Shown here: positions 61,556 through 64,000 of the stretch, piece after piece | Layout: each line of letters opens with the position of its first letter | How positions within the stretch are numbered: position 1 is the first letter of the stretch | Assembly (NCBI RefSeq): GCF_004010195.1 | Contig: NC_057719.1 | Location: 78,324,898 to 78,388,897 of the forward strand | Length of the DNA: 64,000 nt | Direction of reading: 5' to 3' | Source of the DNA: Chiloscyllium plagiosum | Lineage: Eukaryota | The notes under the pieces: model-generated | Databases searched by the model: none | Told to the model about the DNA's origin: nothing | What the model saw: the letters and a program-made list of their open reading frames with translations, nothing else | Position numbers and translations under genes: made by a program

Positions 61556-64000
61556 ACCAGACATGGCTGCCATCGGAACTTTTTGAAGAGTTTGTGATAT
61601 ATAGTCACAAATATAATCAGGATGGACATTATCCTGCAGGTCAACTTAAATATGCCCTACTTCAGAATTACATTTGCATGGGGTGTTTGCCATTAAAAGA
61701 TGCTGTCATCATGCCAAAAGGGCATTTTGCTACTCCATTCAGATGAGTAATGTGGTATGAGTTTCAATACTGGCATGATGCCGGATCTGTTGGTTTCTTG
61801 TACCAGACTAATCAATTTTGTATCAAACTATATATTTACAGTTCAAGTCCACATGTTTAGTTAGAACTTCAGTCAACCACACTCTATGCAAGTCTCAACC
61901 ATCTGATCAGAGGTGTTAGGTCCCCTCTGATGCAGGTGAGACTTGAATCTGGATTGCCTGTTTCAGAGGTAGTGACACTACCAATTACTAGCTCTCCCAT
62001 TTGAACCTCACCTAATAGTCGGGAACCCTGTTCCTTGTGGACAGAAATAACGTATCCGTGCAATACTCCTGTTTCAACTCAACAAAATACGTGATAGCTA
62101 CGCATGGCTACATATCTCAGGGCACTGCTCTCACCAATCAAATCACCTTGCACGGTCCAAAAATTAAAGATTAAATCTTTAAAGATGTAAAATATTCTTT
62201 TTTTTTTGGCAAAAGTTTACGTACAATATTTAAAATTCAGAGTTCCTTCTACAAAAGAAGATTAGTCATTGCTACTCGTATGTAAATTTGCACGATTTTA
62301 GTGTTTCAGAGTCCGTTCTCTTGTATGTCAGTAGTTTTCTCATTGTTTATAACTGTCTGGGATTGTTGCTGTATTGTATCCAGAATAAGGATTGATGCAG
62401 ATTGCAAGAGTCTCAGTTGTCAATAAACATTATCTCTCAGAATCTGCTAACTTCACGATACACATGGACAAGACTTTACATGAAGGATCCAAATCAATAG
62501 ATTTCTCAGTAATTCTGGTGCTTGTATGATTTCATGTTGACAACATAGACTATCTTAGTTACAGATTAATATTAACCACTTTTGTACTATGCCTCCAAAT
62601 CTTTCTCTTTTGTTCAATACATGATTTATTTTGAAGAGAAAATGAGGTCTGCAGATGCTGGAGATCAGAGATGGAAATGTGTTGCTGGAGAAGCGCAGCA
62701 GGTCAGGCAGCATCTAGGGAACAGGAGAATCGACGTTTTGGGCATTAGCCCTTCTTCAGGACCTCCTGCTGCGCTTCTCCAGCAACACATGATTTATTTT
62801 GTCAGTCATCTTCCAGCTTCATATTCACTTTTAAGTTCATTTCTCGAAATCAAACATTTGATAGTGTCTCTTTAAGAAGTTCAAAATGGCTTCTTTTTGG
62901 GCGACCAATACGTTCCTCCTATGGTCCAAATCCTGTTTAACCATGTTAAGTATATCAGTATTTTTTTTTCACGTTTTCACAGAAAAAATTGATCGTCCTG
63001 ATCCACCTGGTCTTTGAACATTTTCAAACATTTACATCGTTTTTATCCCATCCAGATGGAATTTTATTGAACTCTTTTCAAGCAATTTTGGTAGCTTTCT
63101 CATTTTGAACTTCCAATTTTCCTTCATTCCTATTACTTTGAGTTTTCCACCTTTTTTTTTATTACCAGCACTTCTGGCTTTTGAATTGCTATTTGAAGTT
63201 GGTCCAGTTGCCTGGGTTTCTGCAGCTATTATTTTTATTTCTCTGGCTGTTGCAGCACTAGCAGGTATGTTTAATTTGGAGTTGAATATCATTTAACTTT
63301 ACTGAGTCACTCTGGGGTCTGTCCTTTATATGAAAATCTTTGATTTTGGACATTCTGTGTCACACACCCACTCCCTGCCATGATTATCCATTTATTGATG
63401 GGGCGACATCTTTTTGTTTTTGTTTTTGTTTGTTGCCAAATTGGATCTCGAGCAAACATCTGAAGTGTGGCATTCTCAAATAATGGAAAAATACTGCATT
63501 CCCAACAGTATAATTTCCCAACTTCATAACTACATGCTTAATGGATGTTGTAGAAACCAGGCCAGCAAAAACTAATCCTTTACCAAAGCGCAACTTAAAT
63601 CTCCCCCTATGCAATGGAATTTATTCTCACGCTCTTGTTCGCTGTCTCGGTCGCTTTCTCGTCCCATCAGTATCCTTGACAAGTATAAGTGTGAAAGTGT
63701 AAATGCCTTACTAACAATGAGCTTTTGAGGTGAATTAGCATCCTATAGAACAGCAGTCCTTTAGGTTCTAATTTGGACAGATATGGAGTCCATTCCCCTT
63801 CAAATTAAAATCCTTCAAAAACTTCATACCTTCAACTATTCCATGTTAAAATATTTGGAGCAATGACTTTCTCACTTCCTTTGGTATAGATTTTTCTGGG
63901 AAAATTCATGAAGCAGATATTCAAAACCATAAATAAAACTGTTCTGCATAACGTTTGAGGACTAACGCAAAAAGCAATGCTGTTTTGTTATGAGAACTTA
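61556..64000 (-). pseudogene. Degenerate coding-like relic, possibly a retroviral (spumavirus-like) env
   Basis: A-rich minus strand with semi-open frames; ordered motifs RPKRS, DNVYxQLR...TIQQQSQTVINNE, RNRVPDY, LIPHY, DYICD. Recognised by eye only. Confidence 0.3.
62634..62786. mobile_element. Penelope-like insertion with 15-bp TSD
   Basis: TSD ACATGATTTATTTTG at 62619-62633 and 62787-62801; decayed core at 62732-62759 (minus). Confidence 0.9.

Noticed and set aside
61556..61746. Plus-strand open frame after TTTTCAG (DQTWLPSELF...)
   Set aside because: Short pyrimidine tract next to a LINE tail, weak donor and no recognised homology; not fully excluded.
63105..63296. Hydrophobic plus-strand ORF resembling a membrane protein
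   Set aside because: Expected from the T-rich antisense of an A-rich minus-strand stretch.

Overview
Eukaryotic, repeat-rich DNA, almost certainly from a shark or other elasmobranch (many HE1-type V-SINEs, HER1/CR1 LINEs and SacSINE/DeuSINE-like SINEs), with three N-gaps. No intact gene, rRNA, tRNA or CRISPR array is visible. Most ORF-track entries are LINE fragments, antisense frames or gap artefacts. Much of the window is decayed CR1, Rex1/Babar-like and L2-like LINEs, including one near full-length CR1 (47820-52108), plus tRNA-derived SINEs and Tigger-like MITEs. Most notable: (i) about 12 Penelope-like insertions, mostly fold-back structures, several with clean 12-18 bp target-site duplications and minimal hammerhead-ribozyme cores; (ii) a degenerate minus-strand coding-like stretch at 61556-64000 with motifs resembling a spumavirus-like Env (low confidence); (iii) three candidate + strand exons of an unidentified host gene. 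Family names come from motif recognition by eye, not database searches, and repeat boundaries are approximate unless a TSD is quoted.
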